A stretch of DNA of 32,905 nucleotides from an uncultured Bacilli bacterium (lineage in GTDB: Bacteria > Bacillota_I > Bacilli_A > RF39 > UBA660). Positions 1-9,041 of the stretch are shown here, piece after piece. The stretch lies in the NCBI GenBank assembly GCA_947630415.1, contig CANRHM010000003.1:1-32905 (forward strand), in the 5' to 3' direction. The notes under the pieces are model-generated. The model saw only the letters and a list, made by a program, of their open reading frames with translations, made no database searches and had not been told where the DNA came from. Within the stretch, counting starts at the first letter, position 1; every line of letters starts with the position of its first letter. The position numbers and the translations under genes were made by a program.

Positions 1-255
1 TCTTTCATCTCCTGCATATAGTATGACTTATTTCCTTAAATTTTATACAATGACTTTTTCAAGAATTATTTACAATTTTTTCATAAGCACTTTACAACTA
101 GAACCGAAGTAATCTGTTATTTATTTTCTCTATAACAAAAATTTATATTATCACTTTATCTAGTAAAGATTTTAAATTTATAAATATATTGACAAGCAAA
201 AGATTTTAATATTAATATTTAATTAGATGATACCAATTACTATGATGGAGGAAAT

Positions 256-1281
256 ATGAATAAGATTAAAATTAATATGCTATCGATGGCCGATCAAGTG
301 GGAGGTCAAGGTGTAGGAAGTGCTTATTTAGAACTTTTAAATTTACTTAAGAAAAAAGGAAAAAAAGATTTTGAAATTGTTGTTAACAAAGGAACGAAAT
401 ACGATATTCTCCATGCCCATACAGTGGAACCTAGAAATCTTTTTAAAATGCTTTTAACCAAAGGAAAAACCGTTTGCTATGTGCATTTTCTACCCAATAC
501 TTTGGATGGTTCTATTCATCTTCCAAAACCCATCTTTGCGATTTTTAAAAAGTATGTACTCTATTTTTATAAAAAAGCAGACTATTTAGTGGTCGTCAAT
601 CCTTCTTTTAAAAAAGAAATGATTTCACTTGGCTTAAAAGAAGAAAAAATATTCTACATCCCCAACTTTGTTTCAACTAAAAACTTTTATCCTAAAAAAC
701 AAGATAAAGAAAAATTAAGAAAGAAACTAAATTTACCAGAAAAAGCCTTTATTATCTTAGGAGCAGGACAAGTGCAAACTAGAAAAGGTGTCCTTGACTT
801 TATCGAAATTGCCAAGAAAAGAAAAGATGATCTCTTCCTCTGGGCAGGAGGCTTCTCTTTTGGTAACATCACCGATGGTTATGAAGAACTAAAAAAAGTC
901 ATGGAAAATCCACCAGAAAATGTACGTTTTCTAGGTATTATTCCACGAAATGAAATGAACGATTTATATAACGCTGTGGATCTTTTACTAGTTCCTTCCT
1001 ATAATGAACTTTTCCCTATGACCATTCTAGAAACGGCTAGTACCAATACGCCTTTTGTTTTAAGAGACTTAGAGTTATATGAAGAAATCTTATTTAACAA
1101 ATATCCAAAAGCTCATGATAATAAGGATTTTATCGAAGCCATAGACACTTTAAAAAAGAATCCTAAAGAATATCAAAAACAAGTGGAGTATACCAAAGAA
1201 ATAGCTTCCTACTATAGTGAAGACGCCATCTATAAAAAATGGAAGAAGTTTTATACGGATGTCGTAAATGATAAAAAATAA
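256..1281 (+). CDS. cpoA: GT4 glycosyltransferase, CpoA-like diglycosyl-diacylglycerol synthase
   Basis: N-terminal INMLSMADQVGGQGVGSAYLEL resembles streptococcal CpoA; GT-B signatures RKG and PSYNELFPMTILE (EX7E); GGAGG RBS at 247-251. Confidence 0.8.
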   Translation: MNKIKINMLSMADQVGGQGVGSAYLELLNLLKKKGKKDFEIVVNKGTKYDILHAHTVEPRNLFKMLLTKGKTVCYVHFLPNTLDGSIHLPKPIFAIFKKYVLYFYKKADYLVVVNPSFKKEMISLGLKEEKIFYIPNFVSTKNFYPKKQDKEKLRKKLNLPEKAFIILGAGQVQTRKGVLDFIEIAKKRKDDLFLWAGGFSFGNITDGYEELKKVMENPPENVRFLGIIPRNEMNDLYNAVDLLLVPSYNELFPMTILETASTNTPFVLRDLELYEEILFNKYPKAHDNKDFIEAIDTLKKNPKEYQKQVEYTKEIASYYSEDAIYKKWKKFYTDVVNDKK

Positions 1282-1313
1282 ATATTTATCTTTGCTTTAT
1301 AATAGGTGATGAT

Positions 1314-1820
1314 ATGGAAGAAAAAGTAATTCAAAAGTTCAATACCTATTTTCCTATGTTTGCTGATTTTAATTTAGAAGGAACAAGTTACATTGTAGGA
1401 GGATTCCTTACCAGTATTCTCTTGAATGAAGAAATACACGATTTAGATATTGTTATCTTAAATGGTAATAAAGCAAATATAAAAGAAAACTTAGATAAAG
1501 AACATCTCTCCTACCACGAAAATTATTTTCATGGTTATAAAGTACAAATAGATGCTAAAATCATCGACATTTATCCAACCTCTAACTTAAAAGAATGCTA
1601 CCAATACAATATCGAAGGATTATTCTTTGATATTGATAAAAAAGAGTTTGTTGAAACCACTTTTATGGAAGCTTTAACCGAAGGAAAGTTAAAAGAGTTA
1701 AATCCCCATAACCGTGGTAAAAACAGAAACGAAAGAAAAGAAAAACTAGAAAATCGGTTTCAAAAACTATTAACGTTAAAAGAAGAAAATCAATTACCCA
1801 ATATAAAACCCTTTAGATAA
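1314..1820 (+). CDS. Small class II nucleotidyltransferase-like protein (poly(A) polymerase/CCA head domain only)
   Basis: YIVGGFLTSILL...DLDIVI matches motif A (GG...DxD); YNIEGLFFD aligns with the FTINAMAYD segment; only 168 aa; AGGTGA RBS. Confidence 0.6.
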   Translation: MEEKVIQKFNTYFPMFADFNLEGTSYIVGGFLTSILLNEEIHDLDIVILNGNKANIKENLDKEHLSYHENYFHGYKVQIDAKIIDIYPTSNLKECYQYNIEGLFFDIDKKEFVETTFMEALTEGKLKELNPHNRGKNRNERKEKLENRFQKLLTLKEENQLPNIKPFR

Positions 1821-1840
1821 ACGCTAAAGGGTTCTTTTTT
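1807..1840. terminator. Intrinsic terminator between convergent genes
   Basis: Stem AACCCTTTAG(1807-1816)/CTAAAGGGTT(1824-1833) followed by a T-run on +, short A-run on the other side. Confidence 0.75.
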
Positions 1841-2129
1841 AATTGTTTAATAAATCTAAGTTTTGTACATCTTCATTAATTTTATCAATGGTATCTTTAG
1901 AACAAGTTGCAAGGAAATGCATTATCGTATTGGGATTATCGTAGAAAAGATCAACTTTATAAAGAAGGATTTCTTTTAAATTGTGTATTCCTACCGATAA
2001 GAAATGATTAAGTATTTCTTCCACGCGTTCTTGATTAGTCGATAACTCCAAGATATCTCGTTCGGTAAGTTCTTCTTTTAAAGTCTCTAAATCTTCTTCT
2101 GATAAATTATAGTTTAGAAGGTATTTCAT
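1839..2129 (-). CDS. Hypothetical 96-aa acidic helical protein
   Basis: ATGA overlap with the upstream gene; GGAGG RBS inside the end of that gene. Confidence 0.75.
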   Translation of the reverse strand: MKYLLNYNLSEEDLETLKEELTERDILELSTNQERVEEILNHFLSVGIHNLKEILLYKVDLFYDNPNTIMHFLATCSKDTIDKINEDVQNLDLLNN

Positions 2130-3955
2130 TTATGGGATCCTCCTTCTGTAGGAGCATAAATAGGTCCTACACATCCTTTTAAAGTCTGATACTCATTTTG
2201 TGTTACATAACTACCTTTGGTAATGCAATACATGAGTTTATCTTCTCCAGGAGCCATCTTATTTAAAGCACTATAGTATCTTAAGACCTTTGGTCTAGAG
2301 ATCGTTAGAGTACCAAACTTATAAACATAATCATTTCCTGGAACACGATAATTTTCTTCTAAATATTGAATTTCAGCATCTTTAAAGATTTCTTCGGAAT
2401 AAGTACCATTTTCATCTTCTTGAATTATACTATCGTACGTTGAAGCAAGTGGAGCCATATCTTCCATCGACATAAACGAAGTAAGGCGAATCGCTTCCAA
2501 ATACTTGTGTCCATAGCCAAAGTGGCGAACAAAGAAGTCCTTGCTAAGATTTCCTTCACGTGAATCTGAGAAAAGTTTTCGATAATAATCTACTTCCGAT
2601 AACTCGCTCTTTAACTGATGAGCAAGTGTTAACGTATCTTCCGTCATAGTGACAATACTAGAGGAATGATAACGAACATACTCCGAATAAAAACGGGGCA
2701 TAGTACTAGGTCCATGAAGTAATCCCGCTTCAATTAATTTATCTAAATGAAGTGCTAAATTATGGGAAGAATAAGCGGTTACCACTGGTGGTTTGATAGG
2801 AGATCCTTCAAAGAAACCATATGATGCAAGTATTTTATAATTTTCAAGCACTTGCTTATGAGGTGTCTTTAACGTATTTAATCCTACTCCACGTTTTAGT
2901 GATACATCATAACCTTGTTCAGTTAAGAACTTCTCATTATCAATCATATCTTGATAACTAGCATCAAATAAGTAACGATAGAATATGATTTTATCTGCAC
3001 CTTTACGCGTTCTTATTACATCACCAGGATTAATCCATACTCTTGGAGAATCAAAGAAAACATCTTCAAAATGACCATCTTTCTTCATTCTTTCAATTTG
3101 CTCTTGTACCGTTTGTCTCGATCCATAAGCAAAAATAGTTAATAAAGAAGCAGGACTAAATCGATTTAAGAGAGGACCTTTACCATCATCAAAAGATTCC
3201 CTCTGTAATAAAGAAAGAACATCTTCTATTTGGTTTGTATCTAAAAGGGGTGTCATCACAGCAGCATAATCATCATATAACTTATCTACTTCCTTAGGAA
3301 GTCCATGGGCATGAAAACAATCGAGCACTTCTTCTCTACTAAGTCCCTTTACATCGCGACCTTTATCGTTATATCTTTTTATTTCAATTAAGAGACTTTT
3401 TTTATCATTAAAAGAAAGTTTTGGATCGTCCATCGCATTTAAGAAAAGTTCAAATTCATCTTGTGTAAAACGATCTGTATTATCTTTATCTTTATATTTT
3501 CCTAGTAATTGTTGATAATTATCTTGTTCCTCTACTAAAGGTCCGTCATCATCAATAACGTCTTTTCTTGCTTCCATTTTATGGGTAATAGTAGTCTCGG
3601 CTTCTTGTAACTGATGCTTAAAAGTAGCAAGGAATTTTTGTTGTTTTGAAGATAAATCCATCTTTAAAGCATTCGATAAAATACCTTCGTAGACAAGACC
3701 AATAATACGTAAATTTTCTTGGCAAGCCTTTAAATCCATCGCATCATTTAGCACATAACGTTCCAACAAGGTAGAAATAGCATTAATATCAAACAAACGC
3801 ACATTGCTTTGATCTTGTTCTAATTTTGAAAGAAATTCTAAACAAGATGCCTTATCTTCTTCTAATTCTTTGGTAATCTGATTTTCTTTTTGAGCTTGCT
3901 TTATTTTTTCATTCAATTCATTTACTTTTGCTTGTAATAAATCTTGTAAATGCAT
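2126..3955 (-). CDS. Hypothetical 609-aa protein, N-terminal coiled coil, C-terminal helical-repeat-like region
   Basis: Long ORF with an RBS-like AGGTAGGA upstream, tightly packed with neighbours; no family recognised with confidence. Confidence 0.85.
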   Translation of the reverse strand: MHLQDLLQAKVNELNEKIKQAQKENQITKELEEDKASCLEFLSKLEQDQSNVRLFDINAISTLLERYVLNDAMDLKACQENLRIIGLVYEGILSNALKMDLSSKQQKFLATFKHQLQEAETTITHKMEARKDVIDDDGPLVEEQDNYQQLLGKYKDKDNTDRFTQDEFELFLNAMDDPKLSFNDKKSLLIEIKRYNDKGRDVKGLSREEVLDCFHAHGLPKEVDKLYDDYAAVMTPLLDTNQIEDVLSLLQRESFDDGKGPLLNRFSPASLLTIFAYGSRQTVQEQIERMKKDGHFEDVFFDSPRVWINPGDVIRTRKGADKIIFYRYLFDASYQDMIDNEKFLTEQGYDVSLKRGVGLNTLKTPHKQVLENYKILASYGFFEGSPIKPPVVTAYSSHNLALHLDKLIEAGLLHGPSTMPRFYSEYVRYHSSSIVTMTEDTLTLAHQLKSELSEVDYYRKLFSDSREGNLSKDFFVRHFGYGHKYLEAIRLTSFMSMEDMAPLASTYDSIIQEDENGTYSEEIFKDAEIQYLEENYRVPGNDYVYKFGTLTISRPKVLRYYSALNKMAPGEDKLMYCITKGSYVTQNEYQTLKGCVGPIYAPTEGGSHK

Positions 3956-3963
3956 AAATCATC

Positions 3964-4164
3964 CTACCTTTCCATTAAAAGTCGATATGTTCTTAAATAG
4001 AAGGAAAAATCACTATGACGTCTTTGAAAACGACTAATAAATTCATTCAAACTAAGTCCTAAATCAAAAGCAAGATCTTCCATATCGATTTTCTTATCTT
4101 GAATTAAGGTTAAGCAATCGGAACGAATGTCTAAAAAAAGTTGATCTAATTTATCGCGTATCAT
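3964..4164 (-). CDS. Small Cro/XRE-like HTH protein
   Basis: IDMEDLAFDLGLSLNEFISRF fits an HTH pattern; AGGAGG RBS and ATGA overlap with the upstream gene. Confidence 0.55.
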   Translation of the reverse strand: MIRDKLDQLFLDIRSDCLTLIQDKKIDMEDLAFDLGLSLNEFISRFQRRHSDFSFYLRTYRLLMER

Positions 4165-5678
4165 AATTCGATTCCTCCTTTAGGAAGAAGAGCTTTATCC
4201 ATTTCTTCTCTTATAATTGGTGCTTGGCTTAAAGTAGTTGCATCTTTCTCTTTAATTTTGGTAACAAGACTATTAATTTCTCTATCGTATCGTTTTGATA
4301 TATAAATGGCTTGATCAAAGATTTCTCCCGCTGGTGCAAAGGTAAGAATAACAAGGGAATCATTTCCTGCTTTCGTATAACAGCAAGCCATATTAGAAGA
4401 TCTTACCACGTACATATCATAATCAGTTTTTAGTTTCTTTTGTACTTTCGTATGTCTATTAGACATTTCAGGATCTTCTATACCTCTTTCCAAGCGATCC
4501 ATTAATAATTGAATTCGTTTCTTTTCACTAGCATTAAAATGAGTTAAATCGAAACAAGGACTATTCTTATCTAGTAAGAAGAAAATCTTAGATGCGGTAG
4601 GATGCGCCTCTTCCTGTTTACTAGCATTGTATTCATCAACAGAGTCTTTGACTTCATGGAGAAGACCTTCCGTCTCATCTAAATAAAGACTAGCTTCTTC
4701 ATAAACATCTTGATTTTGCGTTTCATTAGCAAAGACCGTTTGAAGTTCCTCTTTATACATTGATAACTCAAGTAATTGTACCATCAAGCGTTCTTCGACA
4801 TAAGAGAAACTAGAAGTATCAATTTCTCCCGTATCATCAGTCATCTTCATCTCTTTTTCACATGCAGCTAAGTTTTTTGCTAATTCTATTTCTTTTTCGC
4901 TTTTTCCTTGGTAAAGATAACTATATTGACTAAGGTAATCATTAATTTCCTTACTTAAAGCAGTATACCTTTCCCGAAGTGGTGCAAATAAATCTTGCTT
5001 TGGTTCTTCAGTAGGTACTACTTCTTCATGAGGGACCTCCACGATAACAGGAGCAGGAACCTCTTGAGATTCCATCACTGTAATAGGTTCTACCTCTACT
5101 TTTTTTGGTTCTACAGCCTGAACCACCGGTTCAACTGTTTTAGTTTTTGATGATTCAGGAGATGTTTTTTTCTTATGATTTGCTTTTACACAACTATCCC
5201 AAGCTTCTTTAGTTAAAACTGCAAGTTGATCTTCCTCTTCTAAACCACTTTGATCCAAAAGCGTTAAAAAATAATCAAAATCGTATTGTTCACGTCTTAG
5301 AACAGCACCAACTTTTTCTAATTCAGCTTCAACTCTATGAACCTGATCTTCTCCCTTACTTTCCAATACTACTCTTTTCTTAAAATAGTCATTTTTGGTA
5401 ATGGAATCAAGAGCCATTTGTACTTGTTCTGCATCCATGGCATCATGTGCTAAAAAGAAATCAATCACCCGAATGGAATTATCCAAATTGGGATCTAGTA
5501 AAAGAAGTCCTTCTCTGGCCTTTAAAACATTTTGGGCAGTTGGTGCATCTTCTAGTACCGTCATTTGTGAAAGTTTTCTTAACCGATCATTTAGTTGTGC
5601 TTTTTCTTGTTCTAGTTTTTTCCCTACACCTTGAACATAGGAATCAAACTTATTAATTGAAGTTACCTCTACTTGCAT
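4161..5678 (-). CDS. Hypothetical 505-aa coiled-coil protein with Pro/Glu/Val linker and possible C-terminal RelE/ParE-like fold
   Basis: Long ORF, GGGGTGA RBS, own promoter; low-complexity linker at aa ~170-228; C-terminal helix plus three short strands (MYVVR, ACCYTK, SLVILTF). Confidence 0.8.
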   Translation of the reverse strand: MQVEVTSINKFDSYVQGVGKKLEQEKAQLNDRLRKLSQMTVLEDAPTAQNVLKAREGLLLLDPNLDNSIRVIDFFLAHDAMDAEQVQMALDSITKNDYFKKRVVLESKGEDQVHRVEAELEKVGAVLRREQYDFDYFLTLLDQSGLEEEDQLAVLTKEAWDSCVKANHKKKTSPESSKTKTVEPVVQAVEPKKVEVEPITVMESQEVPAPVIVEVPHEEVVPTEEPKQDLFAPLRERYTALSKEINDYLSQYSYLYQGKSEKEIELAKNLAACEKEMKMTDDTGEIDTSSFSYVEERLMVQLLELSMYKEELQTVFANETQNQDVYEEASLYLDETEGLLHEVKDSVDEYNASKQEEAHPTASKIFFLLDKNSPCFDLTHFNASEKKRIQLLMDRLERGIEDPEMSNRHTKVQKKLKTDYDMYVVRSSNMACCYTKAGNDSLVILTFAPAGEIFDQAIYISKRYDREINSLVTKIKEKDATTLSQAPIIREEMDKALLPKGGIEL

Positions 5679-5721
5679 ACGTTCACCCCATCTATCTTAT
5701 AGTCTCTATTATTCTAAGGTA

Positions 5722-5750
5722 ATTATAGCAAAAAAAAGAGGCTTCGACAA
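5722..5750 (-). promoter_or_regulatory. Sigma-A promoter for the 505/66/609/96-aa operon
   Basis: Minus strand TTGTCG-17 nt-TATAAT with extended TG. Confidence 0.65.
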
Positions 5751-5774
5751 TCACTTTTATGGATTTTTATTACG

Positions 5775-5806
5775 AAAAAAAGAAGTCCCTTTCACAAGAA
5801 CTTCTT
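5775..5806 (-). terminator. Intrinsic terminator of the AAA+/vWA operon
   Basis: Minus strand AAGAAGTTCTT-GTGA-AAGGGACTTCTT followed by a U-run, directly at the stop of the 319-aa gene. Confidence 0.65.
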
Positions 5807-6764
5807 ATTCCTTTATAAGTTGTTTATAATTGTCTTTAAATTGGGCTTCTGCCTTTTTAACATCGATCTTATCTTCTAAGTTTAAGTAACTAATAACACT
5901 TCTAAAGTCACTGGCCAAATCGTGTCCCATAATTCCCATACGATCTGGTTGATCAAAGAAAAGATCATTTTTGTTTAAATGAAGAGCACGTCTTATAAAT
6001 CTTTCTGAGCAAGTACAACCATAATTATCGCCCCAATAGGATCTTTGCACATCCATTGTTTCTAGAACACGGAACAAAATACGGCGACAAAACTCAACGC
6101 GACAAGAAGTCTTGTAAAGAGCTTCTAGATTGAGAGCGGAAGATTGTCTTTTGATGCCCACGGCAATTTGAATGAGTTCATTTCCTTCTTCGGATAACTC
6201 AAACGCATTAATTCCTACTTTGTAACCAGACTTTTCAAGTGCTTTTACCACATTCGTTAAAATAATCGCACGATTAAGCACTTGACTTTTTGAAGTCATG
6301 TGATTATAAGAAAGACTCGTATGAATCTGTACAAACTTAGGTCGTTTCACTCTTCTTCGGTCTTCATAACACAAAGGATCACCTCTAATATAAGAAGGAA
6401 CAATTAAGAATCCTCCTTGAAGGGATTTTACCGTTTCATAGGTATGAAGATTATGAACATTATCTTTCGATAAGTTTTTTTGAAGTGTTAAAAACTCCTG
6501 ATACCCTGGATCAACTGGTCCAATTAAATCTTCAAGTGCTTTTTTATAAGGTTTCCCTGCAAAATCGTAATCATTGGTTTCACTAGCAAGCTTATGAAAC
6601 ACACTTTCATTTATGGAAGGATTACTTTTTAAGTAACGATACAAGGAATCGAGCGAACTAAAGCGTGCTAAATAAAGACGATAACGTTCCCCATTTACTT
6701 CCAACACTTGAGGTGGAAACATACACTCTGGATAGTTAATATAATTCTGTGGATATTCTGCCAT
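5805..6764 (-). CDS. Degenerate vWA-like partner of MoxR/CobS-type ATPase
   Basis: FVQIHTSLSYNH...RAIILTNVVKALEKSGYKVGINA resembles vWA beta1/alpha1/beta2 with a degenerate MIDAS; directly downstream of the AAA+ gene. Confidence 0.55.
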   Translation of the reverse strand: MAEYPQNYINYPECMFPPQVLEVNGERYRLYLARFSSLDSLYRYLKSNPSINESVFHKLASETNDYDFAGKPYKKALEDLIGPVDPGYQEFLTLQKNLSKDNVHNLHTYETVKSLQGGFLIVPSYIRGDPLCYEDRRRVKRPKFVQIHTSLSYNHMTSKSQVLNRAIILTNVVKALEKSGYKVGINAFELSEEGNELIQIAVGIKRQSSALNLEALYKTSCRVEFCRRILFRVLETMDVQRSYWGDNYGCTCSERFIRRALHLNKNDLFFDQPDRMGIMGHDLASDFRSVISYLNLEDKIDVKKAEAQFKDNYKQLIKE

Positions 6765-6778
6765 AAGAATGCACTTCC

Positions 6779-9040
6779 TTATTTTTCTTTTCCTTTTTCA
6801 CAGTAGTAAATAAATCTTTTTGCTAGTTGCTTTTCTGAAACACGGCTTAGTGGTGCAGAACTTTGTTCAAGCGTTATTTGACCGGAAATATCGTAATAAC
6901 TTCTAAACTGTCTTGATAAATAATCAAGGTAATCTGGTCCTTTTGTTTGAATGAATTTTTGGCGAAGCACTTCATCCGCGGTTTTACTATTGTGTTCAAT
7001 GTACCTAGCGATGGCTTCGGCATCTCTTGTAGAAGCAATTCCAGAAACGGAAGATTTACCCTGTCTTCTAGCCCACGAATCACAAGCCTTTCTAAAGTTA
7101 GCAAAAATATGATACCAGTTGGTATGTTCTCCAAAGAGACGTTCTTCCACGCCGTTATCGTATTTAAATTCAATAGGCGTCATACGTTCCAAAACACTTT
7201 CATCGAGCTTTCCACGAGATGAGAATTCTTCACTTTCTCCTTCTCCATTTGTATTACCTGCTGCCATCATTCTAAAGTTAGGACTCATCGGTACAATCAT
7301 ATCTTCACCAAATGTAACATAAACCTTTTTGTTAGGATTTTGAATAACTTCAAGTGAACTTGAATAGATGCCATTCAAAGAAACAATCGAATCCGCATCT
7401 CCATTATCAAGTTCATCGTAACCTAAGAGTTTTCCATACGTAGTTGCCACAAAGGTTGGGGTTGCTCTATATCTTCCTTGTGGATCATTATAACCAATAA
7501 TACTATAATTACCGGTAATCTTTCCATTATCGATATAATCAAGTCCTAAAAGAGAAGCAACTTGACGCATCAAATGTGTTTTTCCACATCCAGAAGGTCC
7601 CCATAAGTAAACCCAATCGCCTTCCATTACACAACGAATGACTTCATCCGTTAACTCATGGAACAATTCTCCTTTTTCAAATCTTTCCTTCTTCAAAGCC
7701 ATTATTTTATCAAAACGTTTATTAAAAGAAATGGATTCATCAAAAGCTGGAAGAATTCCTTTATTCGTACTTTCTACTGGAATGGTTACATTAGGTCCCA
7801 TCGGAACAATTAAACGACTATTTCCAGATACATAGGTTCCTTTTTCTTTAGATGTTACTTTCTCCGGAGCACTAGTTACGACTACAGTTTGTTTTTGTAA
7901 AGACTCAATTTGAGCCATCATTTCTTTGATTTGTTTTTCTTGGTTCACTGATCCCAATAATTTTTGTAGTTTTTCATCGTTACTAAGATAATCTTTTAAG
8001 GTATCTAAGCTACTGTTAGCAGCATCCTGTAGTCTTATAAGTTCCGAAGTCGTAGTCGATTGTAGGGTACTAGCAGCAAGACGAAGATCACGCATTTTAA
8101 CAGATGCTTCTTCTAATAATTTATTAAATACTTGATCGCTACTGGATTTGAAAGATTCTTGAAGAGATAACAAATATTGATCTAATTTCTCAAGCATTTC
8201 TTTTCGGGCTTCACCTACTTTTTGATTCATTGAGCGAACGGCACCATCGGCATAATTACTGATGGTTTTTTTACCCAACTCCACACAGCCATCAATGATC
8301 TTTTTACCTTCCGTTGTAAGGGCGTCAATTCGTTCTTGGAAGGTATCGATGTTTTGATCCATCGCTTCTAATTTTTCAATCAAACCTTGTGCTTTTTCAG
8401 CTTCAGCTGAAATATTGGCTAAGGTCTTTTCTCCAACCGGATAGATACCTACTCGTTTTTTTACTTCGGTCAACCTTTTATCGTGATAGACAGAAACCGA
8501 TCCTAATTCCGTTTCAAGTCCATTCATAAAAGCAATAAGTTCATTTTTTAGCACAGTTGGATTAATACAGTAAGGACTTACTTCACAAGCATAAGACACA
8601 ATCTCTTGGTATTGTGATTTTAATGTCTCATTACTTAAAATAAGCCTTACAATTTGAATATAATCAAGACGATTATTAAACAAGGCATAAAGTTTCTTAT
8701 CAAGAACACCTTCACTAATCTCTCTAAAATCGTAAGCAATAAAGTTATTGATAATCATTTCTTTAATTGCACTATATTCCTTGGTTTCCATTCCTTGTGG
8801 AAGTAAGAAATGAACGGTATCAAGAACGCGATCAAACGTATTTGAAAAATCAGCATCATCCTCATAATTTTCTTGTAATAGTCCCAATACGACACGTTCT
8901 AAAAATTCATACTCAAAAAAGTCGTTATTGCGTTCTTTATTTTTAATACCCTGTACATAAGTAACTAAAGCTCTTTGCACCCCATAAGAGACATCCGATC
9001 TATTAATTGCTCGAATTAAATTTTTATATTGTTCTTCCAT
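6779..9040 (-). CDS. MoxR/CobS/CbbQ-clade AAA+ ATPase with long N-terminal helical and coiled-coil extension
   Basis: Walker A GPSGCGKT, Walker B LLGYDELD, sensor-1 NFRMMAAGNT, arginine-finger region LDESVLER; start moved to ATG 9040 (AAGGGTGA RBS). Confidence 0.85.
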   Translation of the reverse strand: MEEQYKNLIRAINRSDVSYGVQRALVTYVQGIKNKERNNDFFEYEFLERVVLGLLQENYEDDADFSNTFDRVLDTVHFLLPQGMETKEYSAIKEMIINNFIAYDFREISEGVLDKKLYALFNNRLDYIQIVRLILSNETLKSQYQEIVSYACEVSPYCINPTVLKNELIAFMNGLETELGSVSVYHDKRLTEVKKRVGIYPVGEKTLANISAEAEKAQGLIEKLEAMDQNIDTFQERIDALTTEGKKIIDGCVELGKKTISNYADGAVRSMNQKVGEARKEMLEKLDQYLLSLQESFKSSSDQVFNKLLEEASVKMRDLRLAASTLQSTTTSELIRLQDAANSSLDTLKDYLSNDEKLQKLLGSVNQEKQIKEMMAQIESLQKQTVVVTSAPEKVTSKEKGTYVSGNSRLIVPMGPNVTIPVESTNKGILPAFDESISFNKRFDKIMALKKERFEKGELFHELTDEVIRCVMEGDWVYLWGPSGCGKTHLMRQVASLLGLDYIDNGKITGNYSIIGYNDPQGRYRATPTFVATTYGKLLGYDELDNGDADSIVSLNGIYSSSLEVIQNPNKKVYVTFGEDMIVPMSPNFRMMAAGNTNGEGESEEFSSRGKLDESVLERMTPIEFKYDNGVEERLFGEHTNWYHIFANFRKACDSWARRQGKSSVSGIASTRDAEAIARYIEHNSKTADEVLRQKFIQTKGPDYLDYLSRQFRSYYDISGQITLEQSSAPLSRVSEKQLAKRFIYYCEKGKEK

Positions 9041-9041
9041 G

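Noticed and set aside
5805-9040. Cobaltochelatase CobST or prophage
   Set aside because: No cobalamin, capsid, terminase or integrase genes nearby; similarity is only at the MoxR-clade level.
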